NCBI RefSeq assembly: GCF_037042905.1
Contig: NC_087251.1
Location: 10,852,001 to 10,916,000, forward strand
Reading direction: 5' to 3'
DNA from: Lytechinus pictus
Taxonomy: Eukaryota
Length of the DNA stretch: 64,000 nt
A model generated the notes under the pieces. That model was not told the DNA's origin. It ran no database searches and saw only the letters and a list, made by a program, of their open reading frames with translations. This document shows, in pieces, positions 47,901-60,756 of the stretch (its first letter is position 1; every line of letters starts with the position of its first letter). A program made the position numbers and the translations under genes.

Positions 47901-50900
47901 ATGATTACAATCTGTTTGCTTATAACCTCCCTTTTTAGGTCTGAATATCAAAAATTTTCAGCTCGCATTATTTGATCAATGAGATACATATCCGTTTAAT
48001 GACACAGTCCTTATATCTCTATTAATTCACTGAGCGCGCTTCGCGCGCCTGCGTGACCCACGGTACGCAACTGCTTGATTCTTTTCAGTTTACATGGGAC
48101 TATGACAACACCAAATAGGCTTACTATATAGACCTAGTTTTTTTTCAATGATAAAAAGTACAAGTTGATCAAGATATTTCGCACTTGGATATTGTTTTAT
48201 GTAAGTGCTTCCTACCAGCAAAATATACTATCAGAATTTTGAGAAAAGATATTTGTTTTGATATATCCAAGTTTGATTTCACTCTTCCTTTTCTTATGTC
48301 AATATACGGACATTAAATGCCTTTTAATCTATATGACCCTTGAAGATATAAATCTTAAATCTAATGTTGGATCTCTCCTTCATTAAAAAGACCCCGTCAA
48401 CACCTATTCAGCATTAAGAGGAACATACCAAAACTAACCGGAATTAGGATATATTCAAATTTTGGGTGACATTCATCAGAATATTTCATTGGATGTTTGG
48501 CATTGACAATTATGTTGACCAAAAAGCGACTCTTTAATACCGATGTATTATTAGTTTCAGCTTGAAGATTCATTCGGATCCTAAATAAAACCCTACTCGA
48601 ATTACTTCAATAATGCTGTTGGCATGTCATAAGTAAACATGGGTGACCGAATCCTTCCTCTTCATTTAACCTTGATATAGCATGGGCATTGTTAAAGGTT
48701 GAACATCCGGAAGATATCAGAATGCATCCGGAGTCTCATTTGAATACATTGGAAAAGCTGATTAGAATTTATTTCATTCAGTTCAGTTTATTTCTGATTT
48801 ATCTTAACAAATAACACAAATACAAAATGAAGAATTTCATACAACCTATTACATATCAATCTCGACATTGACTAATAATTACCCTACTTGAAAAGCCATC
48901 ACAGATAATTTTTCCCCAAAAAAAATGTAGTGAAGAAATAAGAGGAAATTGAGAGGAAGCCATCAAGAAAAAGCATTTTTCGCTATTAAACACTGCCTCT
49001 AGGGTGACGAATCACATTCCATTTGGAAATAAATAATTAGAATTCATGAAATATCATTTACCTATTGCGATGCACATTAGAGGTATAACACTCGTTACAA
49101 ACATAAACGAGATTAGGGCGATGATAGAGATGAGATTAGAGATGACCTGCAGGTAGATTCTCGGGAATGGTACATACTCTCCAATCACGACCAACAAAAC
49201 TTTACCTACAAGACTAGACAAGGCCATGAAAGATACAAACTGCACCCCTATCTGTTCATCAAACCCAACAGACATCAAGTAACTGATCTGCAAGTAAAAA
49301 TGAAATTTCGAAATTCAAGCATGAATTTTGTGAATTTGAAATGATAACTCGGTCACCTGCGTGAATGGTATATATCCGTCTCTTAAGTGATACACTTCGA
49401 ATTATACATTCGACATAATTCACCTTCAACCAGATCGTGGATAATAGAATCCTTTGAAATATTCATTGATAAATATTTATTCATCTGCGTCATTATTTGG
49501 ATATATATCCAAACGCTTGTGTGCGTTTATGGCATAATTACCCGTGAAATCAAAAGACCCAACTTACATTAAAATGTTCATTATGTACATGCAGGGTGAA
49601 ATATAAATTGCAATTGGAAATAGCTTTCAGATGGATATAATATCACTTTATAACGTATAGCTGAATGAAATAAATCAATAATATTAAGTTCGCCGTACCA
49701 CATTGACATAGAAGAAACAACTTCCTATTCCATTTAGGATATATGAAAGAGAAGCCATCCATAGGTCAGGGAAGGTCAAAGCCTTTCCAATCCTCCAAAG
49801 CATGCTCCGATCCTGATCTTTGGTTAACTCTGATAGAGTCTTTATGCCATCATTATTTTTCACTGTGAAAGGAGAAATTTCATTCTCGTCACAGTCATCA
49901 TTACAATCGACCATCGATGTCACGGTGTAATCATTCTGTAGCTCGGGCATCTTATCCCATGTATCTTGTGTGAGGGTGTTCCTATTAGAAGAGTTGATTG
50001 TGGGTATCATTTCCACTATCTTGGGTGTGGTAGAAGCACTTTGAGACAAAGCATACCTATCCATCTCTGGGTTTTCTTCACTATCTTCAGAATTCTTCGA
50101 ACCACGACCAGACGTTTGTTCATCGGTCAGGAAACATCCCTCAACTCCATCGTCGTGGAGTCTTATTTCCTCTGTTCTACCATGGACCCTACCACAAACT
50201 TCGACGTCGGTCGCCAATTCTCTGCCGTCTCCTTGACATGCGTCACTTGTCTTGTCCGGAGAATTTACATTTTCTTCTCTAGATTTTTCATGTAATAGTG
50301 GTTTATCACTGGAAGAGGCTTCACCCGTTGGTTCGAGTTTCATAAATGTGTTATTATTTTCTTTCTTACTGCGGGGACATTTGGGGACAGTAAACGTTAG
50401 GACACTGGGAAGACCAATGCCAAAATGAAGTGCTGCCATGATCCGTAGTGTGACCCTCCAACCAAACCTTGTTATGAGGAGAGCCATAACTTGCGAGAAG
50501 ACCAGCATTCCTGTAAAAAATAAAAAGAGATTTGGCTTTAAGTAAATTTGAACAGATAAGTGTTCACCATAAAGATATATATATCTCTATATATTTCTAT
50601 GGTGTTCACACTGACTTTGTGTGTTATACAGGATCGATACCGTAAGGAGCGTAATATTGAGGGACGTGGGGAAAATTTATAAAAAGCTGCAAATTGACCC
50701 TTTACACACATTTTTTGGGGGGTGTCCATGGCCACAAGCCTCCCCTATACGCCAGTGAAGAGAATCATGTTCCATCGAAGGAAAGTACCTAACGAGTTAT
50801 TTTGAGTTGGTTTTTTTTAATCCATAAGCATTTTTTCTTATTATTTTGTTGATAAAAACATTATTACCCAAATATCGAACAATATTGGTCACTTTTTTTA

Positions 50901-53900
50901 AAAGAAAATCTGATTTGGAACAATATCTGGAAGGGAAAGATTACTTTCATCGAGAATACAACTTTAAATTTTTGTAATGGAAATGTTTTGGTTCAAAATG
51001 ACAAAATCTCCACATGGTTTAAGTGTAAATACTATTGAAAATTATTATCACTTATTTGTGCTAACATCGATATAATTATTGATAATTTTGATATACGTTG
51101 ATTTCCAATATTCTTCATTTCGCCTGGGCTATAAGCGATGGCCATTATTAAAGGCATTTAGATAATGAATACCAGTATTAGCAACAATATAATCAAAATG
51201 TGAAATACGAATTGACATTACCATTTATTTTCCTGAAGGAATTTCATGGCCTACGAAAGGTATACCTTTAAAAGCATTTTCCAGTCTAATTTCAAGAGTC
51301 ATTCATATTCAATGCATGTGCGTATTCTGGGGGGGGGGGGCTTTCGGGGCCCAGGCCCCCGGGGTAGGCAAAAAAGGGGGCGCAAAAAAGAAAGAGAAAA
51401 GAGAAGGAAAGAAAAGAAGGAGAAAATGGGAGGGAAAGAAGAAGAGAAAGAGAAATAAAGGGGGGAAGAAAGAGAGAAGAAAAAAAGAAAAGGGAAGGGG
51501 GCGCCGAATTGATGTTCGACCTAGGGGCGCCGAATTGATGTTCGAAATAGCGGGCGCCAGATTGATTTTAGACATAGGGGGACGCCAAATTGATGTTTTA
51601 CTTAGGGGCGCCGAATAGAAGTTCGCCATAGGGGGCGCCGAATTGGAGTTTGATATAGGGGGTGCCGAATTGATTTTCGACATAGGGGGCGAATTGATGT
51701 TCGACCTAGGGGCGCCGAATAGGAGCACCAATTTTATTTTTGTCCTGAGGTGCCAAATTCATGTTTAACCTAGGGAGGGGGGGGGGGGCGCCAAATTCAT
51801 ATTCGACCTTTGGGGTGCAATTTGATGTTTGTCCTGGGGCGCCAATTCCATGTTCAACCTAGGGGGGGGGGGGGGTGCCAAATTCATATTTGACCTTTGG
51901 GGCGCCAATATGATGTTTAACCGGGAGTGGGCGCCAAATTCATGTTTCACATTGGTTTGGCGCTCGCGCTCGCATCAAATGCATAGATAGATGCCTTTCC
52001 TGTTCATGATTACCAAAAGTTCTTAGAAAGTCTAAATTTTAGGTCAGAACAAAATTAATCTCGCTCTTCGCGTTCGCATCAATTGTTTAGTAAGGTGACG
52101 ATCGATCCTGTTCATGGTTCAAGTGCTTAGAATGTCCAACTTTGTGTAGAAATAAAAAAAAAATTCCGTTCGCGTTTCTCGCTCGCATAAAATGTTTTGT
52201 TAAATATGCATCCTGTTCATGATTACCAAAAGTGCTTACTCGATTTTTGTCAAAATGTTAGGTCAGACTATCACATTTTTTCAGCTAGCGCTTCGTGCTC
52301 GCACAATTCTTTAGATAGATACCCATCCTGTTCATGGTTACAAAATATGCTTAGAATGTCAAGTTTTGTGTAGGAATATCAAAAATTTTAAGCTCGCGCT
52401 TCGCGCTCGCAGGGAATTATTTGTTAGATACCCATTCTGTTCATGATCACCAATAGTGCTTAGAATGTCAAAAATTTAGGTCAGAATTTAAAAGTTATAA
52501 AGATACCCATCCTGTTCATGGTTACAACTTTAAGAACGACTGGTGATCCTTTCTTTTTAGAGCGTAAGAAAAGTTCACCAGTCGTTCTTAAAGTCTAACT
52601 TACGAACAGCTTTATGAAACACCCACCTGGTCGCATTTATTCTTTTAAAAAGTGGTATGACACCATATTCATGGAATTTTTTTTTCATGAACACATTAAA
52701 AAAAATGGTCTTCGATTGCCATTTTTCACGTGATGATGAAATGAGATAATTCAACATGCATTTAAGTACTTTTTGCCTATAGCGGGAGGGGGGGGGGTGC
52801 CATTTTCCAAAAGTTCACAGGGCGCAAAAATTAGGTCGCGTCTGCAAGATACGCGTCTGCAATGGAATAACAATCCTGTACATCTTATCAAATAAGGTCA
52901 AATTCCACCCACATTAATTTTCCCAAATTCAAAATTAAATATAACACCGTAAAGTTTGTATGGTCACAGTGATGGGGGATGACATTGTAATCATGCGTTT
53001 GATGTTACACATTTGATTGTACAATAAAGGAAATAATGTTTGTTTTGTAAAGTCAATATTCTTATGGGCTTATACATGTACCTGCTGTAGAACCTGTAGA
53101 GGCTAATGCCACAGCTGTCATTGTATTCCTCTCAGGAAAATACAAGACTATCAGATCAAAAGCACAAACTGTGAAAAGTCCTGCTCCTATTCCATTCATA
53201 ACACCAAAAGTTCCAAACATCGGTAGGAGACGAGGCAAGAATGACGTCACTAAAACGCCCGCCGAAGTCGAAACAACGCCAGCGATTGAAACCGATCTAT
53301 AGCCGAATCTTTCCGACGCTAGTTTGATGAACGGGGCGACCATGAGGGAGATACCGAGAGGGAGAGAGCCAATCCAACCTTAAAAAGATGATATATCAGA
53401 CCTTAGTCAACATATAAGAGATTGGGTTATTTGACGTTTAACATGCAATAAAAGGTTAGTTATGTAATAAATGTTGGACTATCGCAGTGACTCCCCTAAT
53501 CAAATTGAAAGAGATAAAGGCTTATAAACAAATTCAATTGGGGCAAAGGGGCAATTGTTCCAGGTGTCACTTGAAGAGGGCAAAGAAATCAATGGTGATG
53601 CAAACAAAAATAAATCAAAAGAAAGATTATCTTAAAAGGAAATTTATAAATAGAGATGCTCGGCGGGTCGCGCGGCCGAGCACATGTATCCCCCGAACCC
53701 ACCGCGTCATCCGTCATTGCGATATAGCTATAGAGCTCACACAGAAATTTGACAAATGAATTTATACAATTATCATGGCGACAATGACACTGCCCACATT
53801 TTGCCTGTGGTTACCAAATTTGATGACAACAATATGACGTAGCAGCGTGACTCTGCAAAACCTAAAGTATTGTCCAGTATCACCTATTGGGGAATACAAT

Positions 53901-56900
53901 TTTAGAGTAATCTGGATATATTTTGTAAACCTAACCCTAAGACCTAAGACCCCCCCACCAAAAATGATAGGCATCTTCGAAAACATGTTTGTTTTCAATC
54001 TTTGTTATCATTGATGTTTTCATCATTATTTACATGCATTTCTTCACTATCAGAGTCTGCTAAATACCTACGTACCACTCGGCCATTTCATGTATACAAT
54101 CCACGGGGTACATTATTTGACAGAAAACAGATCTGTAATTTTTTCCCCAATAAAAGTACTGAGTTTTAACATATGACTTGAAAATGATAAAAGTTTCCAA
54201 ACTGAGCTTACTTAACCGTTAAAAATGTTAAAAGTTGCAATTGTAACGTGATCAGACAATAAAATCTAACATGCATCAGATGTGTCAAACATCTGTATCA
54301 CAAATCCTCCAACAATTACCCTAGGTACACGGACCTGGCCACGGATGATTTTCTATTGTTACTGGGGGTGCCGTGACAATGCTCAGCACCCGCAGTAACA
54401 ATAGAATAATCCTTTGTGGCCAGGTCCCTGCCTAGGTACTTTTAAAATGTGAAATTATGTACATACAGCTCATTGATGCAAGAACTAGGAATCACTCACA
54501 TTTTCAAGCAACATAAATTAATTGATGAGTGTAGAAAACTAGAAATAGAACTACACATTATTTTAATCAGAACCATTAAAGCTCTTATATTATGAAAAGA
54601 GAGTTGAGTTACCTTTCATAGATTACAACAAATTCCATTCTTCCCTTTCGCCGTACAACTACTGTTTAGTTTTAATATATATTCTTTATTACCTCATGCA
54701 GAACCCACAAGAAAATATGCGAATAGGCCGATACCCCCACCCATCTTTGCGTAGCTGCTTTGTTCTCTTCCTTCATTTTGAATTACTTTGTTGATTCAGG
54801 AGAGGGGGTGGATGGGGCAATTTTACCGTTTGCCCCCAAACAAAATGCCCAGATACGCCACTGTGAGTATGCTCCCTCCCATCGCGTAATGTGTGTCAGG
54901 TGTTATTGACTGGTTTAAAGTTCAAGTTCAAGCTCGGCTACGGGATCTCCACATGAAAATGTCGTATTAATGTGGAAGCGTCGTGGTGTAGTGGTTCTGA
55001 CTCTCGCCTTGTAATCAGAGGGATTGTTCAGATGCCACCATGGCCTAGCGTCCTTTGGCAAGGCGTCAATCCACACTTTACCACTCTCCACCCAGGTTTT
55101 AAATGGGTACCCGGTAGGATGTGAAAGCCTATGTAGTATGCATAGCAATTGATTCTTGGAACTCTTGTTGGAATGCTCCCCAGGGAGTGGAAAAAGTGCA
55201 TAAATTGTATGCGGACATTTTCCGGTCGGAAAAAATGACAAGGAAAAAAGGGGTTTTTGCTCCCAAATGAAGGAGATTTGGGTCAAATATATATACTTAA
55301 GCATACCAACCTTGCTATGTTGTAACAGTATACGCAGCACCTGCAGAAAAATCCTGCATTTTAGTTTTATTTAAAATAACGTAAAGCGTTGATGGAGAAA
55401 GTAAAAGTTAAAATATTTGAATTGAATTGAAAAGGTTTTATTGATATTGCACTTCGCAGCCAAGAGGCAGAATTGTCTAAGCCCTACAATATTTGCATAT
55501 TTACATTCCATTGTGTACGACTGTTTAAAAACATGAACATGAAATAAAACAGTATATATTGCAACTCAATATGTGAACATGCGTACCGAAAAGGAAAAAG
55601 GTTAACGTAAAAAGTAAAAACTTAAAAGTAGTGGTGGTGGAAGGATGCATTTTTAAAGCAAAAAAAAAAAGAGTGAAAAGATTTAAGCAGTTGACAAAAT
55701 GCAGGAAGGAGTTCGGGGACGAGCGAACAGGATGAGCGAGCAGTGAAATTCAATGCACAGCTTCAGTCATGCTGGATCCTCAAATTAACACACCAACACA
55801 ACATTCAACTAGAACAAAGGAATTGATTATTCAAATCCATTGCACCGGTGGAACAGAGAAAGGCAGGATCGGCTTATATCAACCGGATCGAACTATATGC
55901 ATACGCCGATGAACAATCACTTTCAAAACACGCTCACATTCATACCATACTCACATTCATACCACACTCACATTCATACCATACACACACTTATACCACA
56001 CTCACATTCATACTACACTCACATTCATATCATACTCACATTCATACCATACTCACATTCATATCATACTCACATTCATACCACACTCACATTCATACCA
56101 CACTCACATTCATACCACACTCACATTCATACCATACTCACATTCATACCACACTCACATTCATACCATACTCACATTCATACCACACTCACATTCATAC
56201 CATACTCACATTCATACCACACTCACATTCATACCACACTCACATTCATATCATACTCATGCACATACCATACTCACATTCATACCACACTCACATTCAT
56301 ATCATACTCACATTCATACCATACTCACATTCATACCACACTCACATTCATACCACACTCACATTCATACCATACTCACATTCATACCACACTCACATTC
56401 ATACCATACTCACATTCATACCATACTCACATTCATACCACACTCACATTCATACCATACTCACATTCATACCACACTCACATTCATACCATACTCACAT
56501 TCATACCATATTCACATTCATACCATACTCACATTCATCCCACACTTACATTCATACCACACTCACATTCATCCCACACTCACATTCATACCATATTCAC
56601 ATTCATACCATACTCACATTCATACCACACTCACATTCATATACCATACTCACAGTCATACCATACTCACAGTCACGTTCATAACATTCATACCACACTG
56701 CTCTTACGTCGAAGCTATGACCCAGAAAATACCTTTAAACATTCCACTAATTAAACCCTCTCATTCAGCAGTCACCTTTAATACTTTGTACTCATGAAAA
56801 TAGGGATTAAAAGGGCATGGGGGAGGGGAGCGCTCGCACGTCCCAAGACTCATCCTACTCATACATGAAAGAAAAAATGCCCACCACCACATGCATCAAT

Positions 56901-57285
56901 TTTGCTAAAATGGGTAAAAGGTAAAATGGTGAAATATAATCACTCGCTCGCAACTTTTCAGCAATTTTGCCGGACTTACACGCCACGTTTGCGCCTCAAA
57001 ACTTTTGGCCAACTGCTCCACTGCCCCCTGGATTGACACACATAGTTCCAAATTAATAGCTTTGTTACTGCAGTTTATATTACCTGTTAATGTGGCGCTG
57101 CTTTCAAATTCTTCCTGAAATGCGACAAACAGTAGATTGTAGTTAAACAAGAGTCCATTCAGCAAGAAATTATAAAACATAGTTGCAACAACCACCACAC
57201 ATCCCCATTTGTTCAGTATACATTCTCGTATAGAGGGATGAGCTCTTGATGAGACAGGTATGTGATACTTTATGGAGCCAGACAT
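44676..57285 (-). CDS. SLC16 (monocarboxylate transporter family) MFS transporter, 6 exons, about 651 aa
   Basis: Exons (minus) 57285-57084, 53378-53082, 50510-49699, 49287-49062, 46723-46583, 44953-44676 (1956 nt, GT-AG, phases consistent). WGCVVV, ATLTGWIGSL, ERFGYR, YFPER, FGWRVTLR and DQTGSY motifs. 12 hydrophobic segments with a large TM6-7 loop. Confidence 0.9.
46583..46723 (-). CDS. SLC16-like exon 5 (not in the ORF track)
   Basis: AVGIAIAIDNVVVFSLAPDLFGKEKALETSAVLYLCYGSGFLLGSLV, tttag| ... |gtaagg. Confidence 0.88.
46798..48073. mobile_element. Non-autonomous hAT element, sister of 19870-21952, in SLC16 intron 4
   Basis: cagtggcgta / tacgcaactg termini. TSD cttgattc at 46790-46797 and 48074-48081. 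Confidence 0.9.
46987..47025 (+). ncRNA. Candidate minimal type I hammerhead ribozyme motif (Penelope-type), mirrored on the minus strand at 46934-46972
   Basis: gcct-CCGACGA-a-gattct/gct/aggatc-GAAA-gc-TT-aggc: helix I, variant core, helix II, palindromic helix III. Confidence 0.55.
49062..49287 (-). CDS. SLC16-like exon 4
   Basis: ISYLMSVGF...SSLVGKVLL...LMCIAI, donor |gtaaat. Confidence 0.88.
49699..50510 (-). CDS. SLC16-like exon 3 (TM5-6, large loop, TM7)
   Basis: GMLVFSQ..FGWRVTLR...FFYVNV, donor |gtacgg. Confidence 0.9.
51495..51945. repeat. ~27-bp GC-rich tandem repeats that switch orientation at ~51730, inside a hAT-like element (~51316-52830)
   Basis: ggggcgccgaattgatgttcg units, followed by ggcgccaaattcatRttYRacc units. 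Confidence 0.7.
53082..53378 (-). CDS. SLC16-like exon 2
   Basis: GWIGSLPLGISLMVAPF...ERFGYR...ASTGSTA. Confidence 0.9.
54328..54430. mobile_element. 103-bp hairpin hAT-type MITE, 8-bp TSD
   Basis: cacggacctggccac / gtggccaggtccctg. TSD cctaggta at 54320-54327 and 54431-54438. Confidence 0.85.
54974..55210 (+). mobile_element. tRNA-derived SINE
   Basis: A box tggtgtagtgg and a decayed B box, then cctttggcaagg...ctccacccagg..taaatgggtacc central domain similar to the SINE at 18730-18886. Confidence 0.7.
55928..56700. repeat. 17-bp minisatellite (ctcacattcataccaYa), about 45 copies, in SLC16 intron 1
   Basis: Direct tandem repeat. Translation repeats every 17 aa (3 units). Confidence 0.97.
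57084..57285 (-). CDS. SLC16-like exon 1
   Basis: MSGSIK...KWGCVVVVATMFYNFLLNG...EFESSATLT, donor |gtaata. Confidence 0.85.
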
Positions 57286-57398
57286 CTTTAATCCGTACTT
57301 TCATCAAAGATAAGACACTACATGGGCACAACGAGATCAATCACAAACTGACAGCGCAACATGATTAAGTATGTACACACGTCCGTTGCATTTTATAG

Positions 57399-57474
57399 GT
57401 TATATCATAGAGTTAGCTCCATGGTTATATCATAGAGCTATAGCTCCATGGTTATATCATGGACCTGGTTATAT
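57399..57474. repeat. Four GTTATAT direct repeats separated by CAT(A/G)GA...TG mini-inserts (candidate transposon footprints)
   Basis: gttatat at 57399, 57424, 57451, 57468. Inserts of 18, 20 and 10 bp. Confidence 0.7.
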
Positions 57475-57721
57475 GCACTGGCATGGCATATATTATACGA
57501 CAAATCAACGTGCTGCGACACTCAATGTGCATTATGCCATATGTATACTCCGGGTGTATACTGGTTCGTTTTTTTTTATCTGAGGTTATTATTTTGTAGA
57601 CCTGGGATGAAAAATGGTCATTAATTCAATGAGATAAGCACCATTGCACCAATAAACAACAATGCGTCCACGCACGACTGGTATTTCACAGTTTGCCAGT
57701 ACATTGTACAGCAAGCTATAA

Positions 57722-60700
57722 TATTCAATTCAATTCAATTTATTTATTTCATTTTCAACAGAACAAAGTAATGTGGTCAAAATAGTTACAGTGAACTTAT
57801 ACAGACAAAATAAATTCAGGCATGTACAGTATACGATATTTATCTATAAGTAAAAGCAAAACAAAACAGAGTATTATATATAAGCAAAATATCATAACCA
57901 TTTTAAAATAAAATTCTGAGAAAATGGCGGGATCCACTAAAAAGCAGTGCTTGTATTGTGTGGACCCCTTTAAATAATTATTTTAGAATTGCCTACGAAG
58001 ATGACAAAACAGGGAACAGCAAAACAAAAAAACAAAGAACAAGAAACAAGAAAACATGGAAGCACACACAAGGGAAATGAAAATAAAAAGGGAAAAGAGA
58101 TAAAGAAAGATAATAGAGCAGGACTTCAACGCGCGGATAATAACAAAAAAAAAATAAGTTAAGGAGGCATGAAATGGTGAATTTAATGATATAATTATTT
58201 AAAATTGAGGAAATGATGACCTGTATGGTTTCAGAAAATCATTCTTAAGTTTCATTTTAAAAGAACAGAGGGATGGGCTTTTAATGATATCTTCACTAAG
58301 GGAGTTCCAGAATCTCGGGCCATCGTATATAAATGTTTTTTTCAGCTAACAGTGTTCTTAAAAGAGGTAAATGGAACTCATTAGACTGTCTCGTAGGGTA
58401 ATGATGAAATGAACGATTTTGAGGGAACATTGAATCAAATACGTGAGGAAGTGAATTGTTATGTATATTATATTTATACATAAATTGGCCTAAGTATAAC
58501 AGATAAAGATCATTTATTTTTAGCAGCTTGTTTTCAGCAAACAATGGGTCTGTGTGTGAAAGAAATGAAGAATGGTTAATTATACGGAGAGATTTCTTTT
58601 GTAATAAAAGAAGTCTGTTCAATATAACTTGGTGGGTATTGCCCCAAACAAGAATGCCGTAGTTCAAATATGGTAAGATTAAAGAAGAATAAAGCATTAA
58701 TAAGGTTTGTGGAGGAAAATGAAATTTCAGTTTATTTATTATGCCGATGTTGCGTGAAATCGCTTTACAAATATTTTCAATGTGATATTTCCACGAAAGT
58801 TTGTTATCGACAGTTATGCCTAGGAACTTTATAAACGAAACAACTTCTAAAGGGGTATCATCAAACACAATGTTTACGGGCAGTGTGTCTATGGATTTAC
58901 TAAATAACATGTATTTGGTTTTTTTTTAGATTAAGGGATAGTTTGTTAGCTCTTATCCACTGAGTAACCTTTTCTAGCTCAGAATTTACTATATTTAGTA
59001 GTGTGTTTGGATTTTTATGAGAATAAAAAAGATTAGAATCGTCGGCAAAAAATATGAACGAAAGAATATCGGATGATTTACAAAAATCATTAATATAAAT
59101 GATAAATAATAAAGGACCTAATAGACTTCCCTGTGGGACTCCGCAATTTATATTTCGCATGTTGGATGTAAAGTCGTTTAATGTTACGTACTAACGTCTA
59201 TTGGATAAGTAGCTCCTGAACCACTCCAAGGCCTTCCCACGCACCCCATAGTGAGCGAGTTTACGTAATAATATATTGTGATTGATTGTGTCGAGGCCTT
59301 GGAGAAGTCCAGGAAGATACCAACCATGTGTGAAGAGTTGTCGAGAGCATGTGCCACTTTGTCAATGAAATTCAATAAGGCATGTTCAGTATTATGTTTC
59401 TTTCTAAAGCCAAACTGGTAATCGAAGAAAATATTGTGTGCTTTCAAAAAGTTAATAGTTCTACTGTAAACAACCTTTTCTAAAATTTTTGATATGGAGG
59501 ACAATAAGGAAATAGGTCTGTAATTATTGACATTAAACTTATCACCTTTTTTGAAAAGAGGTATTACTTTGCCAATTTTCATGTTGTCGGGAACTTGACC
59601 ATTTTGTAATGAAAGGTTTAAAATATACACCAAAGGATTAACAATAGAGGAAATTACACCCTTCAAAATAAAATTGTTGATATCATCATAGCCAGGTGGG
59701 TGTTTCATAAAGCTGTTCGTAAGATAAGAGCGACTTTAAGAACGACTGGTGATCCTTTCTTTTGGTAAATGCTATACACCATTGGCGAAGGTTTAGCGCG
59801 TAAGAAAGGTTCACCAGTCGTTCTTAAAGTCGCTCTTAACTTACGAACAGCTTTATGAAACGGCAACAGGACTTTTTTTGTTATTCAAACTAGACACAAT
59901 ATCGATAATTTCTTGTTCAACAACAGGGGTAAAGAATATAGAATTCGGATTAGGTATGCCCAGATAATCAGAAAAATGCTTGTTTGAAGGAGGGACTTCA
60001 TGAGCTAAGTTTACCCCTATAGAGGAAAAATAGTTGTTAAAAATATTGGCAATAATTTCATAGTCTTCAACAATTTCATCATTATCCCTTATTTTAGTTA
60101 TGCTTGTTTTGTTATTTGATAAATTCATTGCTTGTTTTAAAATCTTCCATGTACCTTGCATGTCGTTCTTATATAAATGTAATTGTTTCGTGAAGTATTT
60201 TTCCTTTGCTAGCCGTATTTTTTTAGTCAAAATATTTTTGTATCTGGAATACTTAATTTTAGCTTGCTCGGTACCTTTTGTCTTAAATTTGTAGTACAAA
60301 TTATGTTTTCTGTTAATAGAACGTAAAATTGATTTGGAGATCCATGGAAGTCTTGGTGTTTTTTTTGTACGCCGTTTCTTTGTCTTTTACTTTTGGAATG
60401 TAAGTATCTAATTTATTAAAAAAATATATCAAGGAAGTTTTCAAATGATGCATTAACATCATCTGTATTGTAGACGCACGACCAGTCTGAAGATTCTAAA
60501 GAAGCGTCAAGTCGGGCTTCATGAGTTGGTCTTCGCCTTGATGGCCGGTGTAGATTGTTCAGATGGCGCCTAAGGGTGAAATGTGACATAATTGGAAAAT
60601 GATCGGTTATGTCGGATATGACTACAGAAGAATCCGGCGAAGGCAGGTTGTTACAAAAAATATTGTCTATAAGTGTGGCGGAATGAGTCGCCATACGAGT

Positions 60701-60755
60701 GGGTTTCGATATCAAAGGCAAGAATGAGGCAGTCAAGAATATATCGAGGAATTCA
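57722..60755 (-). mobile_element. Decayed CR1/L2-group LINE (endonuclease remnant, RT, 3' UTR, (TTGAA)n tail)
   Basis: Fragments TLIDNIF..DITDHFPI, KKSP|GYDD, NYRPISLL, QFGFR, FLDFSKA, GVPQGSLLGPLLF, FADD, KFLGI across 5 frameshifted ORFs. 3' stem-loop at 57930-57967. aattc repeats at 57722-57740. Confidence 0.9.
59696..59866. mobile_element. Harbinger-like palindromic MITE inserted in the LINE RT
   Basis: gtgggtgtttcataaagctgttcgtaag / cttacgaacagctttatgaaacgg. 3-bp TSD cag. Removing it restores KKSPGYDD. Confidence 0.85.
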
Positions 60756-60756
60756 T

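Noticed and set aside
51246..51731. Lys/Arg-rich and SAP-repeat ORFs
   Set aside because: Purine tract and 27-bp tandem repeats within a transposon.
55840..56754. 304-aa and 278-aa His-rich ORFs
   Set aside because: Translations of a 17-bp minisatellite, open in overlapping frames, with non-ATG starts.
57399..57474. Mini CRISPR-like repeat-spacer pattern
   Set aside because: The repeat is only 7 bp and the inserts are related palindromes. A TSD plus TIR remnant explains it better.
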